Below the pieces are notes generated by a model. The model was not told the DNA's origin, made no database searches, and saw nothing but the letters and a program-made list of their open reading frames with translations. Below, piece after piece: positions 1 through 10,432 of a stretch of DNA of 64,000 nt. This stretch comes from an uncultured Thermoplasmata archaeon (GTDB lineage: Archaea; Thermoplasmatota; Thermoplasmata; Lutacidiplasmatales; UBA184): assembly GCA_963809035.1 (NCBI GenBank), contig CAWEHV010000002.1, forward strand, positions 1,312,113 through 1,376,112, given 5' to 3'. The stretch's first letter is position 1. Each line of letters begins with the position of its first letter. Made by a program: the position numbers and the translations under genes.

Positions 1-149
1 GCTATCTCCGACGTTAGAGGCTCCCGCAGCGGGACTGCGCGGACTTCGGGCCATCGGCCCCAACACGCGCCTCGCCGGGTCGCCTGATCCTCGAGTTTGG
101 GTTGGGGATATACGTCTGCGAACGATTGCGCTCGGCCAAAGGGGGTGGA

Positions 150-3100
150 ATGCGCGCATCAATCACGATTGTTCTCGCATGCGTGGTATTGCTTTCGGGA
201 CTGGCTGTCGGCCAGTCCTTCGTAGATCCGGAACCAGCCCCTACGACCACGTTCGCAGCGAGCCTGGCTCCTCCCACCCTGGGGGCTGCCGTCTCTGAGT
301 CTTTCTCGGCAAGCACGTCCGGCACGACGTCGGCAATCCCCGTTTCCTCAGGGGACGCCGTCTACGTCTTCGTGTCCCAAAACGGTACCATCGGAACCCC
401 CTCGGTGAAGGCCTCCTCCACCCTACCATTCGTCCAGAGAGGTCAGGGCGCTCGCGGTACCTTCCTCCGCACCACTCTCTTCGAGGCCGACAACGTACCG
501 GCTTCACCCAGTCTGACGGTCACGGTCAGCTTCACCGAGGCGCAGACGTTCGCAGTCGCGGTGGTCGACCTCGTCGGAGGCGGGGCCTCCCCCAATGACA
601 CGGTCGGAGGATTCGCCACCGGCGGATCCGGACCCGGTGCCCAGCCCAAGGTGAATACGACCGTTGCCAACGACCTCGTCCTCGGGGTGATCGGCGACAC
701 CTACAACGGGCCCGTGACGGGATATGAGGGGTCCACCACGGTGACCAGCACTTCGGTCGGCTCGCCCGCGGTGATCACGCTCGGTGTGGTAAGTCAGACC
801 GATCCGACCACGGGCTGGTTCACCATCTGGGGCAACATGGGAACGAAGACCACCAGCTCGGCATCGTTCGCCATCGCGATCAAGACGCAAGGCATCGTGC
901 CGCCTCCGACTTTGTACTCGGTCAGCGTCGACCCGAGCGGCCTTCCCTCGGGTACGAGCTGGTCCCTCACCCTCGGAGGGACTCTTGGGTCCAATCTCGC
1001 TCCGGGAGCAATTATTTTCAGCGAGCCCAATGGGACGTATTTCTACACTGTGTGGACGGTCCCCGGTTATGAGGTCACTCAGAGCTCCGGCAGTGTCACG
1101 GTCGCCGGGGCCAACCCTTCAACCGTCGATATACAATTCGCGACGTTTCCGCCCAACTCGAAGTCCATCCAGCATGTGGTCGTGATCATGCTGGAGAACG
1201 AGAATTCATCTTCAGTGTGGAGCAAGACGTCGGGGGGATTCTACGAACAGTACCTCGCATCCCACTATGGTAACGCTACCGACTTTTACGCCGCGTGCCA
1301 CGACTCCGCCCCGAATTACATGGCGGTCACGGGTGGCAGCACGAACAATGAGTGTGTGGAAGCGAAACAAACGGGAATCTCTTCGGGCCGGAACATTGGC
1401 GACCTGATGCAGGCGGCCGGATTGAGCTGGGACGAGTACATGGAATCTCTGCCCCCCACTTCCACGATTCCCTGCAACACGTCCACCGGCATCACCAATT
1501 ACTACAACGGGGGGCACAACCCATTCATTGAGTACTCTGACGTAGTGAACCCCCTCTCCGTATGCGAAAACCACGTGTTCAGCAGCCAGGAGTTCAACGC
1601 CAGCCTCGAACACGGGAAGCTCGGTAACTATTCCCTCTACATCCCGAACGATTTCGACGATGGTCACACTACCGCCTATGGGGTCTTGGGGAACCTCTCG
1701 AATGGGGACGCGTGGCTCAAGGGCTTCCTTGGGCCCATCCTGAACGGCACCGAGAACGCTAGCGGCACCGGAAATTATGGGCTCCAGGCGACCCGGAACG
1801 AAGTCGCCCACACGGCGTTCTTTATCCTTTACGATGAGGGGAAGTCGGCCAGCTACACGGGGTACATTTCCGGTCCTCCCCTCCCGGCTTGTGAGGGAAT
1901 CAGCTCCCCACCGGACGCGAGCGTCTGTGGAGGGCAGACCTACATGAGCGTGGTCAGCCCGTACTCCCTCGGGACGACCTGGACCCAGGACGCGACCCAG
2001 TACAGCGTGGAGTCCACGATCGAGTGGCTCTTCGGCTTGGGGAGCGACGGCGGGAATGACAGCACACCCTACTTCCCCCCCCTGACCGGCTTGTTCGCGT
2101 TCCAGTCGAATGGGTTCGGGTCCAACGTTACGTTCGAAGAATCGGGTCTACCGACGGGGACCAACTGGTCGGTGACCCTGGGGGGCGTCTCGCAAAGCGC
2201 GAAGGCGTCGGAGGGCTCTCACACCTCGTCCATCGTCTTCGTCGAACCGAACGGGACCTACCAGTATTCGGTCGGGCCGGCGGGGGGGTTCATGGCGAGC
2301 CCTTCGAGCGGTCAGGTGACGGTGAACGGAGCGAGCAAGTCCGTCTTCGAGACTTATGCTCTGCCCTATTCGGTCACCTTTACGGAAACAGGGTTGGCTT
2401 CCGGCACGACCTGGAACGTGACGATGGGCTCCACCGTGGGGCACGCGGATTCGCCCACCAGTATCGTCTTCCCCGTATCGAACGGCACCTATCCCTTCAC
2501 CGTGGGTCCGATCCTCGGCTACTCCGTGGCTCCGGGCTCCGGGAACGCGGTGGTGAGCGGGTCCTCGATCACGTACCCGATCACCTTCACCGCGATCACC
2601 TATCCGGCGACGTTCACCGAGAGTGGCCTACCGTCGGGCCGGACGTTTCAGGTGACGGTCAACGGCAACACGATGAGTCTCACCACGGACGGGTCGACCG
2701 ATACGCTGACTTTCACCGGCCTTGCGAACGGGAGCTATCCCTACACGATCACGGGCAACTCGGGATGGTACCAGTCAACTCTTGCCTACACCGGGACAGT
2801 CGTGGTGATAGGCGGAGCGCTCACCGAGCCCACCCTGGTCTACACGCAGGTGACGTATTCCGTGGTCTTCTCCGAGAGCGGCTTGCCGTCGGGCCAGACG
2901 TTCCAAGTCACGGTTAACGGCAGCGCGCAGGAACTTACGACGGATGGGGCGACGGACCCACTGACATTCACCGGTCTTGTGAATGGTACCTACCCCTATT
3001 CCGTCACGGGGATCGCGGGATGGTACCAATCCTCCATGCCTTCCACCGGAACCGTACCGGTGGCGGGCGGTTCGGTCACCGAGCCTACCCTCGCCTACAG

Positions 3101-5123
3101 CCCGCTGGAGACCTTTTCGGCCGTGTTCTCGGAGAGTGGCTTGCCGTCAGGTCAGACGTTCCAGGTCACGGTCAACGGCGTGCCGATGAGCCTTACGACG
3201 GACGGAGGGACAGATACGCTGACGTTCCCCGGCCTGACGAACGGGACCTACTCATACACGGTCACCAGCGACCCCGGATGGTACCAGTCCACTCTAACCT
3301 ACACTGGATCCGTTGTGGTGGATGGCACGGCCGTCATCGAACCGACCCTGGTCTACACCCTAGTGACGTACTCGGTGGCGTTCTCGGAGGCCGGGCTTCC
3401 CTCCGGACTCACGTGGAACGTTTTGGTCAACGGCGTGAGCGAGTATCTCACGACCGACGGCGGCACCGATAGCCTCACCTGGACGGGCTTAGCGAACGGG
3501 ACCTTCTCGTACACTATCACCGGCAACTCGGGGTGGTCCCAGCTCGTTCTACCCTACAGTGGAACGCTCACGATCAGTGGCGCACCCGTCACCGAACCAA
3601 CCCTCGTGTATGCGCAGGTGACGTATTCCGTAGTGTTCTCCGAGAGCGGCCTGCCGTCCGGCCTGACGTTCCAGGTGACGCTCAACAGTGCGGCAGAGAG
3701 CGTGACGACGAACGGAGGGACGGATTCGCTGACTTTCACGGGCCTTGCGAACGGCACGTATAGCTACACGATCGCGGGGATCTCGGGGTGGTACCAGCCG
3801 ACCCTCCCCTACACCGGGACGGTCGTGGTGAGTGGGGGGGCGGTCGCCGAGCCGACCCTTGTTTACGCGCAAGTGACCTATTCGGTGGTCTTCTCGGAAA
3901 GTGGCCTACCGTCCGGACAGGCGTACCAGGTGATGGTCAACGGTGTGGCGAAGAGCCTCACGACCGACGGCGGCACGGACAGTCTCACGTGGGCGGGCCT
4001 GGCGAACGGGACCTATCCCTATACGATCACCGGCGACGCGGGCTGGCACCAGAGCACCCTCGCGTACGGTGGGAACGTCGTGGTGAACGGCCTAACGGTG
4101 ACGGAGCCGACGCTCGTCTACAACCAGGTAACGTACTCGGTGATGTTCTCGGAGCGCGGACTTCCCTCTGGTCTCATGTGGACCGTGACGGTCAACAGTA
4201 TGCCGGAATCCCTTACGACCGACGGCGGCACGGACAGTCTCACGTGGACGGACCTGGCCAATGGGAGCTACGTCTACACGGTCTCTGGCAACGCGGGCTG
4301 GCACCAGAGCACCCTCCCGTACAGTGGGAACGTCGTGGTGAACGGCTTGTCGGTGACGGAGCCGACACTCGCCTACAACCAGGTGACGTACTCGGTGAAG
4401 TTCTCGGAGAGCGGACTTCCATCCGGTCTGACGTGGGCCGTGACGGTCAACAGTTTGCCGAAATCCCTTACGACCGACGGCGGCACGGACAGTCTCACAT
4501 GGACGGGCCTGGCCAACGGGACTTATCCCTACACGATCACCGGCAACGCGGGCTGGCACCAAACAAAGCTGAGCTACAGTGGAACACAAACGATCAACGG
4601 CGGGTCGGTGACCAAGTCGACGCTCGTCTACTCCCAGGTGACGTACTCGGTGAAGTTCTCCGAGAGCGGACTCAAGTCCGGACTCACGTGGAAGGTGAAG
4701 GTGAACGGCGTGACGAAGTCCCTGACGACCAGCAGCGGCACCAACACCCTCACCTGGACCGGCCTCGCGAACGGGACCTACAGCTACTCGATCACGGACA
4801 ACTCCGGCTGGCACCAAACCACGCTGGCCTACAGCGGCTCGCTGACCGTGAACGGCGCCACGGTAACCGAGCCGAAGCTCGTCTACTCCCAGGTGACGTA
4901 CTCGGTGACCTTCACCGAGAGCGGACTCCCGTCGGGAACGACGTGGTCGGTCAAGCTGAACGGGGTGACCAAGTCCTCGACCGGCCCTTCGATCGTCTTC
5001 ACGGAACCGAACGGGACGTTCAGCTATACGGTAGGGCACGTGGCAGGCTACACCGCTAGCCCATCGTCCGGGTCGGTGACGGTAAGCGGAGCTTCGGCCG
5101 CGGTCAGCGTGCAGTACAGCTGA
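150..5123 (+). CDS. Secreted phosphoesterase (acid phosphatase/phospholipase C family) with a long stalk of surface repeats
   Basis: Signal peptide from ATG 150 (MRASITIVLACVVLL); IQHVVVIMLENE, SAPNY, HNPF and FILYDEG motifs of the phosphoesterase family; C-terminal FxESGLP repeats; no C-terminal TM helix. Confidence 0.8.
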   Translation: MRASITIVLACVVLLSGLAVGQSFVDPEPAPTTTFAASLAPPTLGAAVSESFSASTSGTTSAIPVSSGDAVYVFVSQNGTIGTPSVKASSTLPFVQRGQGARGTFLRTTLFEADNVPASPSLTVTVSFTEAQTFAVAVVDLVGGGASPNDTVGGFATGGSGPGAQPKVNTTVANDLVLGVIGDTYNGPVTGYEGSTTVTSTSVGSPAVITLGVVSQTDPTTGWFTIWGNMGTKTTSSASFAIAIKTQGIVPPPTLYSVSVDPSGLPSGTSWSLTLGGTLGSNLAPGAIIFSEPNGTYFYTVWTVPGYEVTQSSGSVTVAGANPSTVDIQFATFPPNSKSIQHVVVIMLENENSSSVWSKTSGGFYEQYLASHYGNATDFYAACHDSAPNYMAVTGGSTNNECVEAKQTGISSGRNIGDLMQAAGLSWDEYMESLPPTSTIPCNTSTGITNYYNGGHNPFIEYSDVVNPLSVCENHVFSSQEFNASLEHGKLGNYSLYIPNDFDDGHTTAYGVLGNLSNGDAWLKGFLGPILNGTENASGTGNYGLQATRNEVAHTAFFILYDEGKSASYTGYISGPPLPACEGISSPPDASVCGGQTYMSVVSPYSLGTTWTQDATQYSVESTIEWLFGLGSDGGNDSTPYFPPLTGLFAFQSNGFGSNVTFEESGLPTGTNWSVTLGGVSQSAKASEGSHTSSIVFVEPNGTYQYSVGPAGGFMASPSSGQVTVNGASKSVFETYALPYSVTFTETGLASGTTWNVTMGSTVGHADSPTSIVFPVSNGTYPFTVGPILGYSVAPGSGNAVVSGSSITYPITFTAITYPATFTESGLPSGRTFQVTVNGNTMSLTTDGSTDTLTFTGLANGSYPYTITGNSGWYQSTLAYTGTVVVIGGALTEPTLVYTQVTYSVVFSESGLPSGQTFQVTVNGSAQELTTDGATDPLTFTGLVNGTYPYSVTGIAGWYQSSMPSTGTVPVAGGSVTEPTLAYSPLETFSAVFSESGLPSGQTFQVTVNGVPMSLTTDGGTDTLTFPGLTNGTYSYTVTSDPGWYQSTLTYTGSVVVDGTAVIEPTLVYTLVTYSVAFSEAGLPSGLTWNVLVNGVSEYLTTDGGTDSLTWTGLANGTFSYTITGNSGWSQLVLPYSGTLTISGAPVTEPTLVYAQVTYSVVFSESGLPSGLTFQVTLNSAAESVTTNGGTDSLTFTGLANGTYSYTIAGISGWYQPTLPYTGTVVVSGGAVAEPTLVYAQVTYSVVFSESGLPSGQAYQVMVNGVAKSLTTDGGTDSLTWAGLANGTYPYTITGDAGWHQSTLAYGGNVVVNGLTVTEPTLVYNQVTYSVMFSERGLPSGLMWTVTVNSMPESLTTDGGTDSLTWTDLANGSYVYTVSGNAGWHQSTLPYSGNVVVNGLSVTEPTLAYNQVTYSVKFSESGLPSGLTWAVTVNSLPKSLTTDGGTDSLTWTGLANGTYPYTITGNAGWHQTKLSYSGTQTINGGSVTKSTLVYSQVTYSVKFSESGLKSGLTWKVKVNGVTKSLTTSSGTNTLTWTGLANGTYSYSITDNSGWHQTTLAYSGSLTVNGATVTEPKLVYSQVTYSVTFTESGLPSGTTWSVKLNGVTKSSTGPSIVFTEPNGTFSYTVGHVAGYTASPSSGSVTVSGASAAVSVQYS
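2601..4898 (+). repeat. Nine tandem ~255-nt (85-aa) intragenic repeats
   Basis: Units YSVxFSESGLPSG...LTTDGGTDSLTWTGLANG...TEPTLVYxQVT start at about 2601, 2856, 3114, 3369, 3624, 3879, 4134, 4389 and 4644. Confidence 0.9.
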
Positions 5124-5408
5124 CCCGGCCCACGTCGGGACTGTCCTCCCTCGCAGGAGGCCCAGCGGGCGGCGTAGGACAGGTCAAGCTGAGGGGGCAC
5201 TAAGCGCAAGCCCCCCGTGCGACGACGTTCGCGATGACGAAGCCCGGCTGTATGATGAGCCCGGCGAACGCTCCGACCGAATGGACTGCTCGAGCGCCCT
5301 CATCCGCCGCGCGCAGCCTTCCTCGTACCGTCGACCCTTACCCGCCCGGCCTGATTGGGCGGGATATCGATTACAGCCACCCCGGCTTGGACCCGCTAAA
5401 TGGCTGGG

Positions 5409-5434
5409 GTATGTGTATGGGGCATTGCAACCAC
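5409..5434 (-). repeat. dif-like dispersed site 1
   Basis: GTATGTGTAT-GGGGCA-TTGCAACCAC. Confidence 0.65.
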
Positions 5435-5589
5435 CCCATCTCGAGAGTGACATGTCGGAGGGGGGATTTACTGAATTCTTCAAATCCCCTGGATGGGAGC
5501 TCTGGCAGGGCCGCGTCTTCCAGGAACCGGATCTCTTGGTGGAAGACGCATAGTAAGCTATATGCCAACCCTATGCTGTCCCATAGTCG

Positions 5590-5826
5590 ATGATTACGAC
5601 GATCCAAGTTACGCCGGCCACCCGCGAACGACTTGCCGCGTTGAAAAGTTCCCCTCGAGAGACCTACGATGAGCTCCTGAACAAACTACTGTCTCTGGTC
5701 CCACAGGGAGACGATGAAGGGACGTACACCGATGCGTTTCGCATGGGGCTGCTGAACGCTCGACTTGACATCCGATCGGGCCGCGTGACGGAGCACGAGC
5801 AGATCAAGAAACGGTTGGGCCTCTGA
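5590..5826 (+). CDS. Type II antitoxin (archaeal RHH-like, RelB partner)
   Basis: 78 aa, TTIQV...RERL..LK...ETYDELLNKLL; stop overlaps the RelE-like gene. Confidence 0.75.
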   Translation: MITTIQVTPATRERLAALKSSPRETYDELLNKLLSLVPQGDDEGTYTDAFRMGLLNARLDIRSGRVTEHEQIKKRLGL

Positions 5827-6090
5827 CGCGCACATGGTCGATTAAGTGGTCGGACCTCACCGGGTCGGTACCGCGACCTGCACAGACTGGATCGGACGGC
5901 AGCCCGAGGGGTTGTAACCCGGCTTGAAGCTTCGGCTTTGGACCCAACCCACTATTTCACGAGATTAACGACTTCGGACGAATACAAGCTTCGTATTGGT
6001 GACTACCGCCTCCTGGCGGTGCTCTCTCTCTCAGAACAGACCATTCTGGTCGAACGAGTAGACCATCGGTCGCGAATTTATGACCGCTGA
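5823..6090 (+). pseudogene. relE: RelE/ParE-family toxin, frameshifted near the 5' end
   Basis: Manual translation gives ...DLHRLDRTAARGVVTRLE...YKLRIGDYRLLA...ILVERVDHRSRIYDR*; the N-terminal (L)TRTWSIKWS is in another frame. Confidence 0.75.
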
Positions 6091-6129
6091 CGGTGATCTC
6101 TTCGCGGGCGGTCCCCTCCGGGCAACCGG

Positions 6130-6234
6130 TGGACCAGTTGCACCTCCCGGAGCGCTGCCATGCGCGTATTGCCGGGCAATTGCAGGAAGGTCCGTGGTCG
6201 TTCCGGAACGTACTGTGATCTCGTCGGGGGTCAT
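6130..6234 (-). pseudogene. Possible N-terminal fragment of a GNAT acetyltransferase
   Basis: MTPDEITVRSGTTTDLPAIARQY resembles the GNAT N-terminal IR.A...DL..I pattern; similarity ends after about 30 aa. Confidence 0.4.
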
Positions 6235-6306
6235 CGGGAGAGGAGGGAAGACCGCGGTCTGTTTCAGGTTTGTCTGATCAACCAAGTATACATTTCAGAA
6301 TCCTTC

Positions 6307-6642
6307 TTAGGGTCTTTCCACGGGCCACTTGGTCGCTCGCCGAGTGGACTCGGAAATGGGCGGACGTGCCGACTGGTCATAATTCAGTTTCATCGCAACC
6401 ATCGTGAGCGACAGCGCCAACGTCGCCGCGTTCGCGAGGATCACCGGTACCGATTGGATCAGGAGGCCGTAAATCAGCCACGTGAATGTACCAACGGAGA
6501 AGGCGAGGAATGCCACTAGCGAAATCTCCTTGGCGCTCTTGAGTCGCCATACTCGCATCACTTGGGGCACAAACGCGCCGGTCGTGCAGAACGCTGCAAT
6601 CAACCCGATTAGAGTAATCCACCAGTCCGCGAGGGCAATCAC
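6307..6642 (-). CDS. SemiSWEET/PQ-loop (MtN3) transporter
   Basis: IGLIAAFCTTGAFVPQV..VWRLKSAKEIS...WLIYG...PVILAN; three TM helices. Confidence 0.9.
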   Translation of the reverse strand: MIALADWWITLIGLIAAFCTTGAFVPQVMRVWRLKSAKEISLVAFLAFSVGTFTWLIYGLLIQSVPVILANAATLALSLTMVAMKLNYDQSARPPISESTRRATKWPVERP

Positions 6643-6747
6643 TCCCCGGTCCAGTCCGGTCAGCAGAAGAGGCTGGCGGGGTCTGCCTTTCCTCAGTGGA
6701 CACCATCAGCGGAGACTCGACATCACGCCGTTGAGTCCGGTTTCATC

Positions 6748-6773
6748 GTGAGTGCAAGTTCGGTTGCGACCCA
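6748..6773 (-). repeat. dif-like dispersed site 2
   Basis: GTGAGTGCAA-GTTCGG-TTGCGACCCA. Confidence 0.6.
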
Positions 6774-6802
6774 GGCCCTGAGAACCGAGCTCTCTCGATA
6801 CC

Positions 6803-7818
6803 TTACTCCAGTTCCCTTCCGGCTCGCTGCTGCTCCTCGGCTCTTCTATCGTAGGGGTAGGTGACCTCTAACTCGCTCGCCTTGTTCAGTACCGCGACCT
6901 GGTCCTTACTGAGCGACCAGCCGGTCGAGCCCAGGTTCTCTGAGAGCTGCTCGAGGGTCCGTGCGCCGATTATCGGAGCGGTAACGGCTGGATGGCTGAG
7001 GACCCAGTTGAGCGCCACTTGCGACATGGTCTTCCCCGCCTCCTGAGCGACCGCCTCGACGGCACGGACGATACGATTCGTTCGGTCGTTCTCGAACCGA
7101 CTCGCATAGAACTCCACGTCTTCGGCGTCGGCGATCCGAGTGCCGCTGGGAGGCTTCCGCACCCCCTCTTGTACTTCCCGGTCAGGAAGCCACCGGCCAG
7201 CGGGCTCCAGGGCAGGACCGCGATATTCTCTGCAAGGCACATGGGAAGGAGCTCGAATTCGGTGGCCCGGGCGTACAGACTGTATTGGGGCTGGAGGCTG
7301 ACGGGTTCATGCCAGCCTCGAGACCGGCACAACTGCAGCGCCTTCTCGAACTGCCAGGCGCGGTAATTGCTGATGCCTACGTACCGGACCGGTCCGTCCT
7401 CTACCAGTCTATTGAGAGTGCCAAACGTCTCTTCCAACGGAGTAAGCGGGTCCCACGCGTGGACCTGCAGGAGATCGATGTAATCGGTCTGCAAGCGGCG
7501 GAGACTCTCGTTGACGGCATGGAGGAGATGCTTTCGGGACAGCCCGACGCGGTTCGCGCCCTCGGCCGTCCGGAACCGGGCCTTGGTCGCCAAGACAATG
7601 TCCTGGCGATCGTGATGGGAAAGCCACTTGCCGATGATCTCTTCGGACTTGCCGGATGAGTAGACATTCGAGGTGTCGAGAAAGTTGCCGCCCGACTCGA
7701 CGAAGCGGTCCAGCACCCGGTGACTGGCCTCCTCCTCGGACTGCCAGCCAAAGGTCATCGTTCCGAGGCAGAGCTCGCTAACGAGAACCCCCGTCCGTCC
7801 CAGTTTCTTCAGCTTCAT
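6803..7818 (-). CDS. Aldo/keto reductase, split by one frameshift near 7165
   Basis: LGRTGVLVSELCLGTMTFG, LDTSNVY, SLRRLQTDYIDLLQVH, WSPLAGGFLTGKY; continues in ORF 6803-7240 (QVALNW, PIIGAR). Confidence 0.9.
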
Positions 7819-7924
7819 GCCTCCCCCAAGACTCATCGAATAATCACCCTTCCCGGGCCCCCGACCTCAGCGAGAGCCCGGCTGTCCGCAAGGCAACTGC
7901 CTGAGGAATCTCTGTCGCCCGAGG

Positions 7925-7950
7925 GTGGTTGTAAATCACGTTGCACCCAC
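7925..7950 (+). repeat. dif-like dispersed site 3
   Basis: GTGGTTGTAA-ATCACG-TTGCACCCAC. Confidence 0.75.
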
Positions 7951-8016
7951 TCTTCCGCCTGACGGCGGTGACCGCCCGGGGGCAACGGTAGCCAAGCTTC
8001 TTGATTCAGGAGGAGT

Positions 8017-8907
8017 TTGCGAATCTGGTTGCTGATGGGGGCGTCGCGAGGTCTACTCTGGCCAATCGTCCGACTGGGCGCAGGGACGGCCCTTGTGGCG
8101 CTGGGTTGCGCAGTCGAGATTGTTGAGGACCAGAACGTCTACACCATTTCTCAGTCGATCTCACTTCCGGCCTTGCTTGCCATCGTCGTGGGATTGGTCC
8201 TCGTGGCAACAGGATACTCCCGGGTGCTTCGATGCACCTACGGGGGCACTCGCAGAATCGCGTTCGGGGTCGGAGTGGCGGCCGGCGCTGCCACATACCT
8301 CATCTCATGGTGGTGGTTGTTGACCTACGGGTTCACTGCCTATCTCGAAGCATCTTCTGTCGGGCTGGTGCTCTTCGGCGGAGCCGCCATGGTGCAGGTC
8401 GGATGTCGGTTCGCGACCGCCCCCAAGTTGAGCTTTACAGATCGCGACGCACAGATTCGAGGGAATGCGCGTCCGTCACCCCTCTTCTTGTCCAGTAGCG
8501 CGCGGACCGCTGTCGCCTGGGCTCTTATCGGAGTGGCTGTCGTGCTCTTAGGCGAGATGACCCTGAATCTTGGGTGGCTCAACAACCAGGCGGCGACAGT
8601 CGATCCGGCCTACCAGTACCTTGCAATCGAAGTCATGGGACCCGCCGCGTGGTGGCTCGCCACAGGTTACTCTGGCCTAATCGACAATCTTTCCCCGCGC
8701 CCCGCACTATGGGTCGGGTTAGGGGGGATAGGGGCCGGTGCCGCCTTCGTGCTTGGGGGGTACGCGTGGTGGTCCGGTTGGTCGCTCTATCCCGAGCTCG
8801 GGCAGGTCATCTTCATCCTGTTGACCATCACCGGCCTGGGCCTTTGCCTCTTCTCCGCCAGTTCGCTCCGACGCCGCACTGCACTTGCCGCGGGCATCGC
8901 GGTGTAG
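8017..8907 (+). CDS. Hypothetical integral membrane protein (~8 TM, internal duplication)
   Basis: Hydrophobic throughout; ATGYS...G..AGAA...WW occurs twice. Start uncertain. Confidence 0.65.
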   Translation: MRIWLLMGASRGLLWPIVRLGAGTALVALGCAVEIVEDQNVYTISQSISLPALLAIVVGLVLVATGYSRVLRCTYGGTRRIAFGVGVAAGAATYLISWWWLLTYGFTAYLEASSVGLVLFGGAAMVQVGCRFATAPKLSFTDRDAQIRGNARPSPLFLSSSARTAVAWALIGVAVVLLGEMTLNLGWLNNQAATVDPAYQYLAIEVMGPAAWWLATGYSGLIDNLSPRPALWVGLGGIGAGAAFVLGGYAWWSGWSLYPELGQVIFILLTITGLGLCLFSASSLRRRTALAAGIAV

Positions 8908-8999
8908 ATCCCTCGACCGCGCAGTCGACCCCCCCATTCACGAGTGATCCGGCCGTCAGCTCCTGGAATATCTCACGAAAGCACCTAAGGTGCAAATCT

Positions 9000-9025
9000 G
9001 TGGGTGCATCTGAGGTTACACCCAC
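9000..9025 (-). repeat. dif-like dispersed site 4
   Basis: GTGGGTGCAT-CTGAGG-TTACACCCAC. Confidence 0.75.
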
Positions 9026-9145
9026 CGCCCGGCTCCAAGTGAAACAGTTCGTTGATTGGCAATCGAATACGCTAACGCTAGCAGTTAGTGTGCCAATGGC
9101 CGTTCTGTGCAATGCAACTACTCGAGGAACCTCTGTCGCACAAGA

Positions 9146-9171
9146 ATGGTTGCAACTCCGATTACACCCGC
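9146..9171 (+). repeat. dif-like dispersed site 5
   Basis: ATGGTTGCAA-CTCCGA-TTACACCCGC; a more degenerate copy lies at 9244-9269 (GGGTGTGTAA-TGCATT-ACGCATTCCA). Confidence 0.7.
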
Positions 9172-9403
9172 CCCCCGGCGCCAAGCAGAACACTTCGTTC
9201 AACAACGATCGAATACGCTGATGTTAGCAGTCGGTCCGTCGATGGGTGTGTAATGCATTACGCATTCCACAGGAGTCTCGATGGTTGCATCCAGGCCGGG
9301 GCCCTGGCGCAAGATGAGAAGCAACCAACCCGGCTACAAACCGACCAGGGGCCGTCATCCTGAGAAGAACTTAATTCATTGAAACTGGGTCCTCATAGAG
9401 TGA

Positions 9404-10432
9404 ATGGTCGATATCACCGTAATCGTTCTTGCACATGACCGAACGGAATACATAGTCGGGGCCCTCCGGAGCTTACTGCGCCAGACGCTCCCGCGGGATT
9501 CGTTTGAGGTCGTTATCGTCAAGAACTTCGTTCTCGAAGAGGCCGACCGGCTTGCGGCCGAATGTGGATTCAAATCCATACTGGCCGAATCGAAAGCGTA
9601 TGGCGAGAATCTCCTAAAGGGCCTCAACAATTCCTCTGGAGAATTCGTCTGCCTTCTCGATGAGGATGACCTCTTCGTTCCCAAGAAGCTTGAAACGGTT
9701 CTGGGAGAGTTTAGTAAACACCCACGAGTGGGGTCTTGTTCGAATAATTTTGGAATCTCGATAGTAAAGGCGGATACCGTCCAGAGCATTGGGGTCACGG
9801 AGAGCAGATCGTAAGGCCCGCGTTCGAGCTGGTACGATTTTATCTTGGGCCCCCACACCAGCTTCGCCAACTCGCAAAGCTACCTCCGTTGAGCCCTGAC
9901 TTCAATTCGAGTTCGATTACTTTTCGGCGTGATCTTCTCACGACAGCAATGCGCGATGCGATTCGCAAGCTGGATGGGGGCGGAGATACATTCCTGTTTT
10001 ACTGCGCCGTTACATCAAAATTGGAATTGGGTATTGGTTCGGATATTCTGACCCTGTACCGACTTCACTCGGCAAATAGGTCCTCAGGGTTAGGGCCTCC
10101 TGGAAGTGGAGGATGGGTCCGGATTCGCCGGTACCGTACTAACCGTTCAGTTCAGTGGTCGATGCTGGCGAACGGGGCTGTTCGACGCACTCGACGACCC
10201 TTCAGTTGGGCGATCGGTTCGGGCGTTGGCAGCCTATCATGCATTTTACGCCGCAGAGATGGACGCAAGTCCGGCTCGCAAGAGAATCCTAGAATCTGCC
10301 TCTCGACTGACCCAGTTCCGCGACACATATACGGCACAGGTAGCACCCAACGTTCTCCTTCCGACACTTCTGTACCTGACATCACCTCGCATAGCACAAT
10401 GGTTCTCCTTCATTCGGCAAGCTTTGCGATAA
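9404..10432 (+). CDS. GT2 glycosyltransferase, frameshifted (pieces 9404-9814, 9889-~10100, 10106-10432)
   Basis: ITVIVLAHDR..YI..AL.SLL.QT, GEFVCLLDEDDLF.P.KL; later FNSSSITFRR, DTFLFY, LTLYRLH. Confidence 0.8.

Noticed and set aside
2601..4898. DGR-like template/variable repeat pair
   Set aside because: The repeats are in-frame tandem domains, no adenine-specific difference pattern was noticed and there is no reverse transcriptase.
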